Source of the DNA: Lingula anatina
Lineage: Eukaryota; Animalia; Brachiopoda
DNA: 64,000 nt
Assembly: GCA_051362555.1 (NCBI GenBank)
Contig: CM120641.1
Coordinates: forward strand, 47,684,401 to 47,748,400
Direction: 5' to 3'
The first letter of the stretch is position 1, and the number at the start of each line of letters is the position of its first letter. The position numbers were made by a program, and so were the translations under genes. Below the pieces are notes generated by a model. That model was not told the origin of the DNA. It saw only the letters and a program-made list of their open reading frames with translations, and made no database searches. This document shows positions 1 to 13,500 of the stretch, piece by piece.

Positions 1-609
1 CACTGCTAATGATTTCACACATTAAGGTAATTTATTCTTTTCCTCTTGAAATAAATACATCCAAACTAACAAATAAACATCAATATTCAATGTACCTGTA
101 CATCAAGCAATCCATATATCACATCCAATGCTAAATTGCCACACATGTTTTAATGGTGACATTATTCCAGATGGTGTCACTGATAAAATACTCAAAAACA
201 AATCCTTTCCGACCAGCTACAATGTATGCATGTCCAACCAGATGAGTTTCACACATTAATTCCTTCTGAAATGGCTTTATGGGTATACTTGGTGTATGTT
301 CTTTATATACTGAACTGATGAGTGTGGACTGCTACTGCCTGAAACGCGGCAGGGATAACAGGATTAGAAACACCTCCTGATACCAGATTTAATGCTGTGC
401 AGTTCCTTACTGTAACCTTAACAGGGACACAGCTGGATTCAACACAGTGACTTTATAAAAACCAAAATTATGAGGCTAGGATTCTTTCTTATTTTGTATG
501 ATACACAGGTTTCTGTTATGTATTTCTTCTCTCTGTTTGATGCTTTCTAGAGTTCAGTCTCATATCTCCTATGCTAATGCTGGTTATAATCATAGGGACC
601 ATTCCCTAT

Positions 610-777
610 CTCCCTGGGGAGTCTCACTAAATTGCTATCGACTTAACCGGCTTATATGTCTGTCACGCCTAGTAAAGCTGTGAGGGGGTAATTATCTTTA
701 CCCCCTAACTGATTCGGGAGGCGTGGCAGACATTTAAGCTGGTTAGTTGATAGCAATTTAGTAAGACCCCCAGGGAG
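610..777. mobile_element. MITE-like fold-back element with ~60-bp imperfect inverted arms
   Basis: CTCCCTGGGGAGTCTCACTAAATTGCTATC...TGTCTGTCACGCC is mirrored by GGCGTGGCAGACA...GATAGCAATTTAGTAAGACCCCCAGGGAG. An inner AGGGGGTAA/TTACCCCCT pair is also present. There is no ORF, and a TA lies one base outside each end. Confidence 0.65.
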
Positions 778-1952
778 TTAGACTGATCCAGATGGATCGA
801 TCTAGGCATGGGAACCTAGTCATATTGATCACTCATCTAGAAGAAGCTACATGTATATACTTTACCCTTTCCAAATGTTTTCCCAAAGACATTAAGATAT
901 ATACTGAGTACTAGTGGGTTTACTTTTGTTGAGGATGACCAACACCTTGTTTTTCATTGTGACATTACATTTAAGATCAGTCAAATCAGTTATAAGCTAG
1001 TCTACTGCCTTATTGTCTGATTAGGTTCAATCCAAGAGAGAGCTACAGTGATAAAAATTCTTTAACTTTTATGGCCTCAGGCTGGGAAATGTGTTTTTCC
1101 ATCTTCCTTAGATATTTGGTATCATTTTTATGTGTTCCTTCTCCAGAATTCGCTAAATTCCTTTTTTTATTTGGGTAAGCATGCCACAATAACAGAGTTT
1201 ACGAACAGGTAGCTTGAAATTTGAATATAAAATTCCTCCCAAAATAAGCATAAATCTCAATTAATCATAGTTGTAAAAGATCATGACATTCCAAAAGTGC
1301 TTCTTTTATGTACATGAACCTACATGTGCAGCTCTGTGAGTAAATCAATATCAATTGTAACCCATTATCCAGAGACTATTGTGCTGTGTGAACTTTTCAA
1401 CTAGTGAGTCAATATTTCATGACACTCCACCCCAATGGCAAGCACACACCCTTTGATACTTTACAATGCTTGAATTTCATCACAACTCAACAAATAGTTA
1501 ATGGTATGAAACATGTAAATACTGCTAATATATTTCATTTCCACTTCATTTTCTTCATTTGGAATTGATTGCATTTCTTTGAAGCTTTTAGATTGGCTAT
1601 ACAAATATACATTTTTCTGAAAGTCTTATAACAATTTTTACTAGGACATGTTTTTCATTTGAGTTAATATACATTTTTTTTTTTCATGTTCTTTAGCTAG
1701 TCTTTTTTATAGTTTTATCAAAAATGTTTATCTTTTTAAAAGGCTTATTGTCCATTCTACATTTACCTCATATCTTAATTTGAGGTATTTACTGGTTTAC
1801 TACAGTAGAATTACTAGTACATCACAAACATATCCACATTTGCTGCCAACTTTTTAATCATGTTTTTAATTAAATTACATAGCACATGTATTCTGTTCTG
1901 ACTGTACATAGTAGACTAATATTCAAACATTTTAATCAGGTAAAAAACTTAC

Positions 1953-4429
1953 CTTGTGGACAAACAAAGTTGAAGTCATTCTGAAAAGAGAAGAGAATAT
2001 TCACATTACCAATACCAAAGACACAAGTAATTAAGATACAATTTATCATTAAGATAACAAGTATGGTATTTCTTGACAAGAAGTATAAAATGGTATTTAA
2101 TATGTTGGATAAAACAATAAAAAAATATACTAATAAATATTATTATAGCATTTACTCATCATTGTGTATGCATGTGACTCGGTTACCTTTTAACTGACAA
2201 TTAATTTCCACAGAACAATTGTCGATATTATCTTTTAAGCACAGAAAAAGCTAATTTAATCTAGTAAGTTAGACAAAACACTTTAAGTTGCCTAACACTT
2301 CAACTTAAAGTTCAAGTAGCAAGTGAATGAATGTCAAAATGCACGTACACGTAGTATCAATGGCAATAAATTTCAATGTAAACAGTCAAAACTTTGTCCA
2401 TTGTAAGTACTATATCAAATTAAGTTTGTGCCAAAACCTATCTACGTAAATGCAGTATTCTTTTTAAGCACATGTAGCTGTAGATAGTTGGTTTATATCT
2501 GCAGTATCTACAGTTATCTATGTAGTTCTACCCTTTCGTCTAATGATATAAAATTATTGTTTACGTTCGCAACCAAGCACCAGTTTCAACACCGTATCTT
2601 CCGCCTGGATTATGTGATTGGTTCTTCAATGAAATTTCTTGTAAATTTGTTGTACAACCAATGTAAAAAGTTAGAATTTTAGTTTTCACTTTCCAAAAAG
2701 TTTGCATTTTTATACTAAAAGTTTTCATGAATGAGTATATTTTCATTCAAAAATAGTTTTCTATAATGTATTAAACATTCTTGACGTTTTTCTAAAGGCG
2801 GAACTAGCCAAACCTTTTCTCAGTTTATGTTCATCTAAATAAAGGAATCTGCAGTATAGAGGAATGCAATGTCCAAAAATCTTGTTACACGATACTCACT
2901 GTGGTTTACAGATGATAGATCAACATATACATATGACAGCCATCTTACCCGCGAAGGCAATTACTGCGACAATGGGTGGGGCGTCACGTATCAAAATCGA
3001 TGCTTGTTATACAACTTAAAACAGGCCAAAAGAGTAAAAAGTAGGTTTGAACCTAATCTTGAATAAAACAGAAAACGAGCAGCATTGAGGGGAAAAACTA
3101 TCATAATTGTGTTATAAGCAACTAATGAATTATTATTTAACCGGTATTTGTATATTCATAGAGTTTAGGTGGAAAAGTCCCTTTTGGAAATATAAAATCA
3201 CTGTGGTGTACTGACAAGGAGTCCTCGGGGCAGGCGGGTATGCCCTACTGTTGGTACTCGGTGATTTAGTCCAAAATTGAGAGACAGGGCGGTCTCAGTC
3301 CCCCTTTCACAAAAAATAAGGGTCTGTTTCTTAACAATATTGACATAACACACTAAACTGAACTCACAGGAAGGGTGTCCCCTCCTCAATCTTGAATATT
3401 TTAAAATTATTACGCAATCAAGTTCAACAAAGGTGTTTTCTAACCGTAAATGTATTCTTGATGAAAAAATTTTGCTGGTAAAAATGTAAAATTTAATCCA
3501 GTAGTCTAATGCGTACCCTACCTATCATTATATTTGCTTGATTAGACCTAGTCGTGAGATTTTGTTTGGGTGGAGATATCTTGCTACAATATGCATGAAG
3601 AATGTCGCTTTAAATCTATTTGAAGTGACAGAGGGCTGATGCTAATAACGTTTAACCAGCTTCAAATATAAATTTGTCACTTATAATTCAGTTAAATTTG
3701 TTGGTATGTTAAATTTCCCCTCTTCTAGCTGGACACAGTAGGCCCTATACACCGTATAGGCAAAAGGCCACAGGCACTGTAGGCCTACGGACCCATGGGA
3801 GGTACCCCCCCCCCCCCCCCACCTTTGTTTTCTACAACAAATTATTAAAATGGCGGCAGATTTCAGTCCCACTTCTTACTCAATAAGCGCATAAAACAAT
3901 ACAAAACAAAGTAAATCCCGCCCTTCTCCCTTATTGTGGAAAACGTGGGGACGCCATTAGGTGTACCTTTCGAGGATGGCCCCTATCGAGCACAGTGTTA
4001 AAACTTATGCAACCATACCCTGATCACTGGGATAGCGTTCAAAAGTTCCAAAATTCAATAAAATTGATTTTCAAAAAGCGCTATATTTTAATCTGTTGCA
4101 CGTAGTTTCTACAAGGTACCCTTGCGGCCAATCTCACGGCAAACGGACAGCGAGTACGTCCCCACGCCAACTATCAGTGTAGGGCTTACTGCATCACGCT
4201 ACCGGCACACCACACCCTCGCTTTCTACAACCAGGACGGGTAACGGTAGAAATAGCGTTCATAATGACATAAACTTGTCAAAAATTCTTTCAAAATAAAC
4301 ATTGCAACATGTCTGAATTATCATTAGTACCTATTAGAAATTTATACTTACAGATTTTACCAGCCCCGTAGATACTATGGCACATGTTAGAAGAAGGCAG
4401 AGCGGTAACTTCCGTGTTGCACCTGCCAT
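1953..4429 (-). CDS. 5' part of an unannotated secreted or membrane protein gene; exons 4352..4429 and 1953..1980, probably continuing left of the window
   Basis: Exon 1 starts at aaaATGG and encodes MAGATRKLPLCLLLTCAIVSTGLVKS (signal-peptide-like), followed by a GTAAGT donor in phase 0. Exon 2 is ctcttttcag|AATGACTTCAACTTTGTTTGTCCACAAG|gtaagt, encoding NDFNFVCPQ+G in a compatible phase. No convincing third exon was found in 1..1950. Confidence 0.6.
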
Positions 4430-6394
4430 TTTCTCGAACTTTCTTTAAAAATTAAAGTTGTACGCCTGTCCTAGTGTCAGATTTGGGTGTATCCTCTAGG
4501 ACATTCTCTTGGTAGACTACAAACGTCACTTCGTGTCTCTTGAGTAATTCTACCTTTGCTTAGTAAGCCTAAAACTAAGCAGTCTCCTCGGGCGTGGTTC
4601 GCTCTCCACTCCTGTGCCCAAACGTACTAGAATGTATTTCCAATACACATGATTCATAAACATAACAAAAGAAAATAAGCCCAAACTTATACAAAGGCCT
4701 GTGGTGTCGTTTTACTTAAATTGCAAGCTTCGTAAGGGCAAGACCTCTTGTTCCCGTAGCCTAAACGCGCCCAGCCCTCTTTTACAATGCCATTTCTTTT
4801 GTTAAGGCTTAACACATGATCTGTCAACTATGTAGCTTTTGAAAAGACGCCATAGTTAGTCAGGATTTATTCAAATACCTGAGCACACAACAGCGAACAG
4901 GTCGATATATTTAGTGAAATGACCTAAACAACCTAGCTTGATTCTGCGCAGGAAACGACTCGATTTCGACGGCTTTAAGAACAGGAACATCTTGCGGTAC
5001 CCCGTGAAAGTTTTACGATACTCCACGCCGCGACAATGTTACGCTGGTTTGATACAACTGATAAACACCTGGGCTTAATTTCAGATATTTAAAAGAAGTA
5101 ACAGGAAGAAGAAAAAAATACTTCTGGCTCAGGGAATCGCCGGGAATCTAGAAGCCATGAACTGACAAGCACAATTCGGTGTGCTCAGCTGAGAGCTCTC
5201 GGCGGGGAATAGGGACGCAAGGCATAGAATTTCTGGGAAAACAGAGATAATATCAAGGAAAATGAACTAGGAATTTGGTTAAGAGATATAGATGATGTAT
5301 TATGTCTGTTATGTAGGGGATAATGTGAAGTAAAACGTGATGGAATATCGTGCTTGATCGATGTACATAAGGAAAAAATTAAGCAATGCATTGGCGCATG
5401 AAATGTCGATACCTTATGTTTCACTTATTACGTATTAGATATTAGAATTGGGGAGCAAAAAATAATATAAATAAAAACAGAAAAAAATAATAATCGCACG
5501 TCGTCCTAAACAGAACGTGCTGAAACTAATTATGAGATGCGATTTTTTATTTTAATTGTCAAGAAGGTGAATATTTCAAAACGCTTAATATGATTTTATC
5601 CAAGAAATGTATGATGATTCTAAGCTTCGCACGATTCAAATGCGCATCATTAAGAAAGGATTATAACACAAATTAGGGCGCTGTTCCTTCGGTATGCAGT
5701 TCTTAATTCCAAACCTCTTTCATCGTTTTAAAAAGGTCTGTTCATTATAAGGTCAACATGCCTGGGAGGACAATATGAGATCACTGAATATTTTTAAAGA
5801 CTTAAAAGTCCCGTTAATTTTTGTCAGAATCGCTGGAGGCTTTTTTCACGTGCGCATGGTCCAGCAGGTCGTTATTACTTGTCACCTACATGTATGCTGC
5901 CGGCATCCCTATTACAAAACGTACGTAGAACAGGATACCGTAGACCGGGAGCTCCCAACTCAAATTCTATATGTCATATGACAGCGGGGAGGGGCTACAG
6001 GCCTATAGTTAACCAGCAGACAAACACAACTCCTGATTAAACTGATCTAGATACAAGAAAGTGTTATGCTAATTAATCCATAAAAAAACCTACCCCCTTT
6101 TGAAATGGCTAAAAATAAATAATATAAATAAGCTATAAAAATAAAATGACATATACCACCTTTGGTCCGTGTAAGATATTGATACTGAAAATTAAAGCAT
6201 ATTCTTAAGTTTTATCTTTGGAACAGTCGGGACATTAGAAAGAGAAAAACGTCTTGACAGCACGGTCAACAAACTTTTTGCACAAATAAAGAGATGCTTA
6301 ATGCCAAATGATGTAAGCTAAACCTTAAAAAAACTTTAAAAAGTTTCAAATTGTGAAGTCGATGGTTCAAATAGTTGATGGCGTTACTTAACAA

Positions 6395-6428
6395 CCCTCT
6401 GCCAGGGCCACAGATTGATTTTCACAAG

Positions 6429-6478
<50 letters not shown>

Positions 6479-6576
6479 CACAGATATTCCCCCGGCTAAT
6501 TCGTAACACAAATCTCTACTGTATCTTATTGCGCTGGAGAAAAGTGCACATAATAATTTGCGGCCCTGGTAGAGGG
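6395..6576. mobile_element. MITE-like element (CCCTCT[G/A]CCAGGG termini) containing a ~50-nt poly(A)
   Basis: Left end CCCTCTGCCAGGGCC and right end GGCCCTGGTAGAGGG|TA. The termini match those of the element at 46189..46360. Confidence 0.55.
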
Positions 6577-7888
6577 TATTACTTAACGGGATTTCAAATA
6601 TTTTTCCAGATATGGATGTGTCCTTCAACTAATGTGGCCATTCTCTGTGAGCACTTCTTGATATTTTGAAAGGCACTTAAAAGGATTATTAAAGCACACA
6701 GTATCGGGGGTAAACATTGTACTGCCTATTAACGTCACTTTCAAACATTTGTCTAATACGTGTACTGCCGGTAAAACAGATGTTTCTGTCCCACAAACCT
6801 CAGTGGCTATTAATGTAGTCATTTTTAAGTAAATGTAAGTGATATACCGCGTAGTTTTCGTTCGCTCTAATCATTACCCGTTCGTCTGTCTGCAGAGTGT
6901 CTGTCACCTTACTATATAGAACTGAACAAAGCAATATAATTCTATGCCATTTTGTATTACCTAACATTTCAACCAACGGGTTATTATTGCGTTTTACAGA
7001 CAAAGTGTATAATGTAAATGTCGAAGGGTGAACTGAAATATTGCATAACATATAGGCCTAATAAGCAGGGTGTTGTACAGGCTAAGAAAATGTCTTGTTT
7101 AACCTGATACACATGTTCACGCCTTGTCATACCTTGAGTATAGAGGTGTGATTCTTAATTAAACCAAAACTCTTACGTTTTTACTCACAGTTTTAGGCCA
7201 CCTTTCATCTGACATATAATTCTGTGACATAATTTATATCAGAAGTTGTTTTACAAATTTTATATCAACATTTATGGTTGAAAGCATATTTACACTGTCA
7301 TTTAAAGTCCTTGAGAAGATGGTTACAACTTGTATCTTTGTCAAATATTCACAGCCTGATTTCTGAGTTACATTTGTCGGCGCTAAATGATATGCACGCA
7401 TCCCCCCCCCCCCCCCACCCCCGTTTTCCAAAAACTGTCATTTTTGCAGCGTTGGTCACAATGATGAACAAAAGTGAACTATTTTTGACACTTTATTATT
7501 ACAATTAATTAATGGTGGCTGTTAATTGTTACGTACTATTTGCAAAGGACTGAAAATTTGAAACCCGTGCAAATATTCACGAAATCTCAAAGCTCTCGAA
7601 AATTTGTAAAAAAAAATGATAATTTCGCCGAACAATACGTTTGAAAGGTACATTTATCATGTTTTTGAAATTATCACTGACAGACACACATTGGATTGAC
7701 ACTGTAGCCGAAAGACATTGTGTCGGGAGAAGCCGTGGCCAAGCAAACACAATCACACTTTATATAGATAGGCCCTACATGAGATAACGTTCGCCCTCAT
7801 ATTGCCAACAGTTGAAAATAAATATTTAATATTATGGTGCTTTCACAGTCATATCAGTATATAAGACTGAACAGCGTTAAAGCAGAAA

Positions 7889-10039
7889 ATGGCCGTTTTA
7901 CAAAGACGAATATGGTAAGAAGCTCCTTTTAAGCCGTTTTAAAAATAACCATTTTAACCCGTTTTATGTTGGAAATTTTTGTAACACATTTTCTATATTT
8001 CAGCTCATTTTATTAAAAATCAACACTATTTGAAAAATAGAGAAATGTTTCTTTGTGTTTAAGTACCTCATCATCACTATGACCAGCATATTTTCACGTG
8101 ATTAATAATAGTAATAACAGAAAACCTTCCAAATATTATTTACAGTGGAAAGACAGTTACCTTATCTCGTCTCTTGACGTGGAGTACAATGGCAGTAGTC
8201 TTAGTGTATTTCTGGATTTCAATTGCACTGGAGCTGAAATTCACCATATCTATGTGGGTACTGAACAGACGTATGCGTAGCTTTCCAGTGGCCTCCAATA
8301 ATTCAGTGACCAAGACAACAGCTATTCAAGGAGTTCAGAATACGAGCAATCCCTTACTTATGGGAAATGCATATCAACCTGCTGTAGACATATTCCAGGG
8401 TTTATCTCAAGATAAAAATCTTGCCAACTCTGGCAATCCCGCGCCCTTGTCACCGAACGCACAGGATCTTTACGCTAAAATCTTACAATTTAGTCAGAAG
8501 TCGCAGACTAAGGAGAACGAGGGACCCCAGCCTGTACAAAATATTGGCCAGTCCATACAGGACCCCAACGGCTCTCCATCCATGAGTGGCAGTTCTAATA
8601 CAGTTCTTTCCAAAGGTATACCACCAGCAGGTCAACCTATACAGCCATATGGGCAGCCACTTTCCCAACAGCAGAAGTCCTCCTTTTTTGGCAACCAACA
8701 AAATTTAAATCAAATGACAAACTTCAACTCAGAAAAGTCCCACTCTGATATATTCGGAATAAAAGGATTACAGTTTAACTCCTTGTCCAATCTTGGTAAA
8801 GGAACAAATGAGTTTTTGGCAAAAACAACTGATTTTCCACAGGTATATGGGCAGAGCAAATTTGGATTAAATGCACCAATGTCACTAAATCAACAATTAC
8901 AACAAATACAGCAACAACAGCAGCAAGGCAACCAGGATCAGTTCGAGCAACAACCACAGCAGCAATTTAACAATCTGGACCAACTACAGCAGCAACAGGT
9001 GCCCGTTTACGCTCCAGGAGGGTTGGCACATGTGCCTCTGGAAAGTATCCTATTTCCAGAGCAACAACCAGTACAGCAACCAATGGATTCTCAAGCTCCA
9101 CAACAATATCAACTGGAACCAATGGCCAATAGTTTCCCTGTAGTCAAAAGATCTTCAACAATTTCAGAAAGGTCCAGTTCTGGAATACCAGCAATTCTAC
9201 ATACCATATGGAACGACCAGGAGGTCCCATCACAGTTTGCTCCTTGGATGGAATCTTGGTCAGAGACACATCCAGCATGGGATCGGTGGTTCTGGGTGAG
9301 GGATGATTTTCCAAAGCTGTTGAGTGTGGAGCCCCGTTATCAAGGATTTACTGCCATGCGCACAGATGCTTTGAGAATGGAGATGATGAAGTATCTTTTC
9401 ATGTACTTGATTGGAGGAGTATATATAGACTTAGATGTGGAAAGTTTTCAGCCACTGGATGAGTATGTGAACAGATACCCCTGTGTCCTGTCACAGGAGC
9501 CTCTGCCTCACGCCTTTCTGAAGAACATGGAAAACGGACTGGCCAGCAGCGCCATCATGATGTGTCGGCCCAAACACCCCTTCTTCCGATCTGTTCTAGA
9601 ATACTACACCAGCTTGAATCCTGCCTTCCTGTTGAGAGCTGACACCAGATTGGACAGCCTGTATCGCACCTACCTGCGCAACCTCCCCGCGGGGGCACCT
9701 GTTGAAGACCAGGTGTATTTAGCTGATCCCGAGGTGTTCATGCCAACACTGTCTGCACATCTACAGGACAGAGTAAGAGACCTGTGTGGAGGTAAACTAC
9801 AGACACAGATCCCCACAGAAAAAATTACTTCAGTCTGTTCACAGCTGGAAGCCAGAGACTTCAAACCAGAACCCCTTTCTTCTTCTGTGACAAACCACCA
9901 TTTTGCTAATTCATGGTCCGAGGAGTCCAAGAGGATCTTACAATATACTAAGAACATTAATGAACTGCTCCAGAACTTTGAGCCAGTATCTGAGAAGATG
10001 AAGAAAGCTGGACTGAACTGTATCTCATGTCAGACATAG
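7889..10039 (+). CDS. Type II membrane glycosyltransferase, CAZy GT32 / Gly_transf_sug DXD family (Och1/SUR1-like); join(7889..7914,8146..10039), 639 aa
   Basis: Exon 1 is ATGGCCGTTTTACAAAGACGAATATG|gtaaga, which splices in phase 2 to tttacag|TGGAAAG. This gives MAVLQRRICGKTVTLSRLLTWSTMAVVLVYFWISIALEL (basic tail plus hydrophobic anchor). A Q/P/N/S-rich stem follows, then the C-terminal motifs IPAILHTIW, LFMYLIGGVYIDLDVES (DXD), MMCRPKHPFF and HHFANSW, which are typical of GT32. Confidence 0.85.
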
Positions 10040-10509
10040 TAAGTCTTCTAGTCATCATTCAAGGGAAGAGGGATCACAATCCATGAAGAGACACGTTAAA
10101 CAATTTAACTTTGATGGAAAAATGAAGCTAGATGTACTTCTATAATATTTTTTTTGGATTTATTAGATATCTAATATAATGAAAATTATAAAAGATGTTG
10201 CACTTTGAAAACAATCATCAGTATTTATACAGTATTTAATTTATACAAGACTACAAAAAGCAACATGTAGGACAATTGTTATGTTAATAATGCAAACCAT
10301 TTAACAGAGTAAAAGGTTCAACATACAAAAAAGTTAATCCTGGACTAATAAAAAATTTCAAAAAGGACTACAACCTTTTAAAAAGTTCAGCAATAACTCC
10401 AAAACAAAGTCCTATTTTTTTCATTTTGCTATCTCAAGTGGCAGTCTGCTTTTGTTAGCTGTACACACAGCAAGTGATGACAACATTTCATGTCACTGGT
10501 GTCTTCTCC

Positions 10510-13500
10510 TCAATCATCAAAGTGAATATGTTTGTTAGGGATAGGTGCTGAGTACGCCATTTTATCCACTTTCTCTTGTATCTGAAACGAAAATAAAATA
10601 AGATACCAACGAAGTAAAATATCATGTCATTGTCTGGAAGTAGGATTAAACTGATTTTAAGGTAAGAGGTGAGAAAAACACCCATTGTGTAAACATTCCA
10701 TAAATGATATTGAAAATAGTGATTTGTTATAAACCTTTTAGTCTATTTGTTGAAGTGTTCCATTAATCTAAAACAAGCTTTCAGTAAACATGCTGTATGG
10801 ATTAACATAGCTCAGGCACACCTTTTATATCAATATCTAAATAGCATTAATAAAACAGAAGTTAAATATCCCAATAACAATACATGTTCTATGCATTATA
10901 CAGGTATACTGGTACTGATGTATTTAGCCTTTTTCATTGGAAGATTTCAGGCCATACATATATATAATTTTTTTTCTTACCTTCTCGGCTCCCCTTTTCT
11001 TTTTTCTTTTCTTTGAACCAAGTTTGGCCTCTCTATCAGCGTGCAACTTCTGCCAGTACTGTTTTTCTGCATCACCTTAATATTTAGACCAGAGCTCAAA
11101 TTACCACATTATACAGAGGTTGAACACAGCTGTTTATGATTTATATTAAAGCCAATAAGTAAACTGAATTTTTGCCAAGAAATTGGTTTGGATTTTACCT
11201 TTCCTTTTCACAGTACTGTATAAATGTTCACAATGTAACATTGTTATAATTCAAGACCCATTTCACATACGATGAACGGAATTGGAATTTTCACTACCTG
11301 GCATCAGAAATTGTACTAACAGTATCTATGTCATAAGTTTCCCGTTTCGTACCTGTAACTTTGGTAAACTTGACTCCATCACAACCAGCAGTCAGAAGTG
11401 ACAGGGCACTGTCAGCATCATTACATCTTATCATCCCCTCCTTCTCCTCATCCCTGACATCTATATAGGCTATACTGGCCAGATCCCCTATCTTGTCCTA
11501 CAAATACAGACAAGTGCAGCATTTAAATGGCACTGCACACAAGTGAACAGGTAAAATCTTTTTTTCTACACTACATAACAAAGCAGCCCAGTCATTTGAA
11601 CTAGGTGTTTTATAATTTCCTTCACAGTTGCAACCCTAACCAGTGTGTAATAAGACACTTAACTGCACTGCCGTTCAGTAGCATCCCCCCCTTTCCACAG
11701 TACAATTCCCAAAATTTGTTGCAAGAAAATTATTAATAGTTACTAACTCACATATTAGAAAGGCAACATTGTTTTACCAAGAAAACATAAATACCTTCAA
11801 TGCCTTCCTTATGAGGGGTTGTCCTGCAGACACATGTACAAGGACTCCGGGCACAAAGTCTGGGGTCTTCTGGTTAGTGACCTGGGGTGCGGGTGGATCA
11901 CAGGTGGCAGAGTTTGACACAAGCCTTAAACTACCTAAAATGATGGGAGTCATATGTCTAAGAATCTGGTTTAAGACAACAAAATTAAGGCAAGGATTTC
12001 TCAAAACAAATCAATGAAAAAAAAAGTTAGTAAAATGAGCTCTCAGACAAGTCAATTTCCTTTTATTTTCACGTGGATCTAATGAGTCATCAAGAAGTTA
12101 GAAGAAGTAAGTCTTGATTTTTTTCTTCCTATGAAAGATATTTATGTTGTATATATTGTACAATAGAACAGCTGGTATCAGAGTAAGAAAAGACTGACAT
12201 CACTAAACACCAAATGTAACCCATTTACTCATCTTTTAAAATAATTCTTAAATTTCACTGCTATGTGTGTAAATTGACAAAGAAATAAAAAAAAACTTAC
12301 TTCCATTCTCTGCATTCTCAGAATGCAGCCCCTTCAACTTCTCCTTCAACTTTGTCATATTGGCCTTTTGTATGGAAAGGTATTCCTTCTTCAAAGCTAG
12401 CCAATCAAGCCTACAAAACAAAGTTAGTGGTTAACCCAATGTGCTACTATAATTATTGTTTTCTGTACTATGAAACTGTACACTGATATCGATGTAAACA
12501 AATTATTGATTTATTAAGAAATTTACTTAGTGATTTTGTCATGACTGTCTTCTCATTTTTGCCCTGTTAAAGACAAATAATTGGGATATTAGTGGACAAA
12601 CTTATTAATAAACAAATAATTTAAATACAAATCTCTACTGACTTTAAACATTATTATTATGCTTTGAAAAATAAAAAGAGAAATAAATAAGAGAAAAAAA
12701 AATGACATTAAATACAGGCCAAGTTCATTCTAACACTAAAACAAGTCTTACTTTGAGAGAACTCTAAGCTGGGGAAAATCTGGTTTTTTGTCTCTTATCT
12801 TCTTGTGCCTGTTTCTCTTTTTGGTGCCTTCATCTTCTAAGTGGTGTTCTTGAGTAATACTTTCATCAATGCGGACTTTTTTTGAGGCATGGCTTTCCAA
12901 TTCAGTCAATTCTTTTAATTTTCTTCTCTTCTTTCCAGTTTCAGTCTCTTTGGCTTTTTGATCAGTTAAACTTTCTACATTTTGTTCAGCCTTAGTCACT
13001 GTGTCAGTATTCTTTTCAAGAACTTCTGCTCTGTCATCTGTTGCAGACATTTTTGATTTTCCACCATGGACTGGAAGGTCAGATTCGCTATTCCTCCTTT
13101 TCCTTTTCTTACTACCAGGAAGACTTTCTATACTTTCATTAGAACATTCACTTGTCTGTCTACGACGTTTACTGTTTTTTCGTCCTTTTGTTTCTTTTCC
13201 TTCAGTAGAAGAACTTTCACTTGTCAGGCGCAGGTGTTTTCCCTTTGGTTGCTGAGGATCTTCTGTTTCATCTGCTGAACTTTCCATACTTTTTCGTTGT
13301 TTGGTTTTCTTCGGGTTTTCATTAAATTTTTTCTTGCTTTTAGAACCATCATCTGTGCCTTCGCCAGAGGTGGATTCTACTGTCTGTCTCCGTTTCTTTT
13401 TACCTTGGGAGTCCTTTGTTTCTCCTAGAATATAGGATTATGAATTGCAATTCTAACATGAGTTTAGGTCCAAAGTATCATAATTTTGCCCTACCATGGT

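Noticed and set aside
6415-6669. Poly-Lys / poly-Phe ORFs
   Set aside because: They are translations of a poly(A) tract inside a MITE-like element.
8174-8188. ORF-track start (TTG) of the glycosyltransferase
   Set aside because: The gene is eukaryotic, and an upstream ATG exon at 7889..7914 splices in frame.
11121-11132. TGAACACAGCTG resembling the 5' end of miR-317
   Set aside because: The match ends after 12 nt and no hairpin partner is evident.
12748-13287. 179-aa Lys/Glu-rich ORF as an independent gene
   Set aside because: It is part of LARP7 exon 7 (12752..13424), bounded by splice sites.
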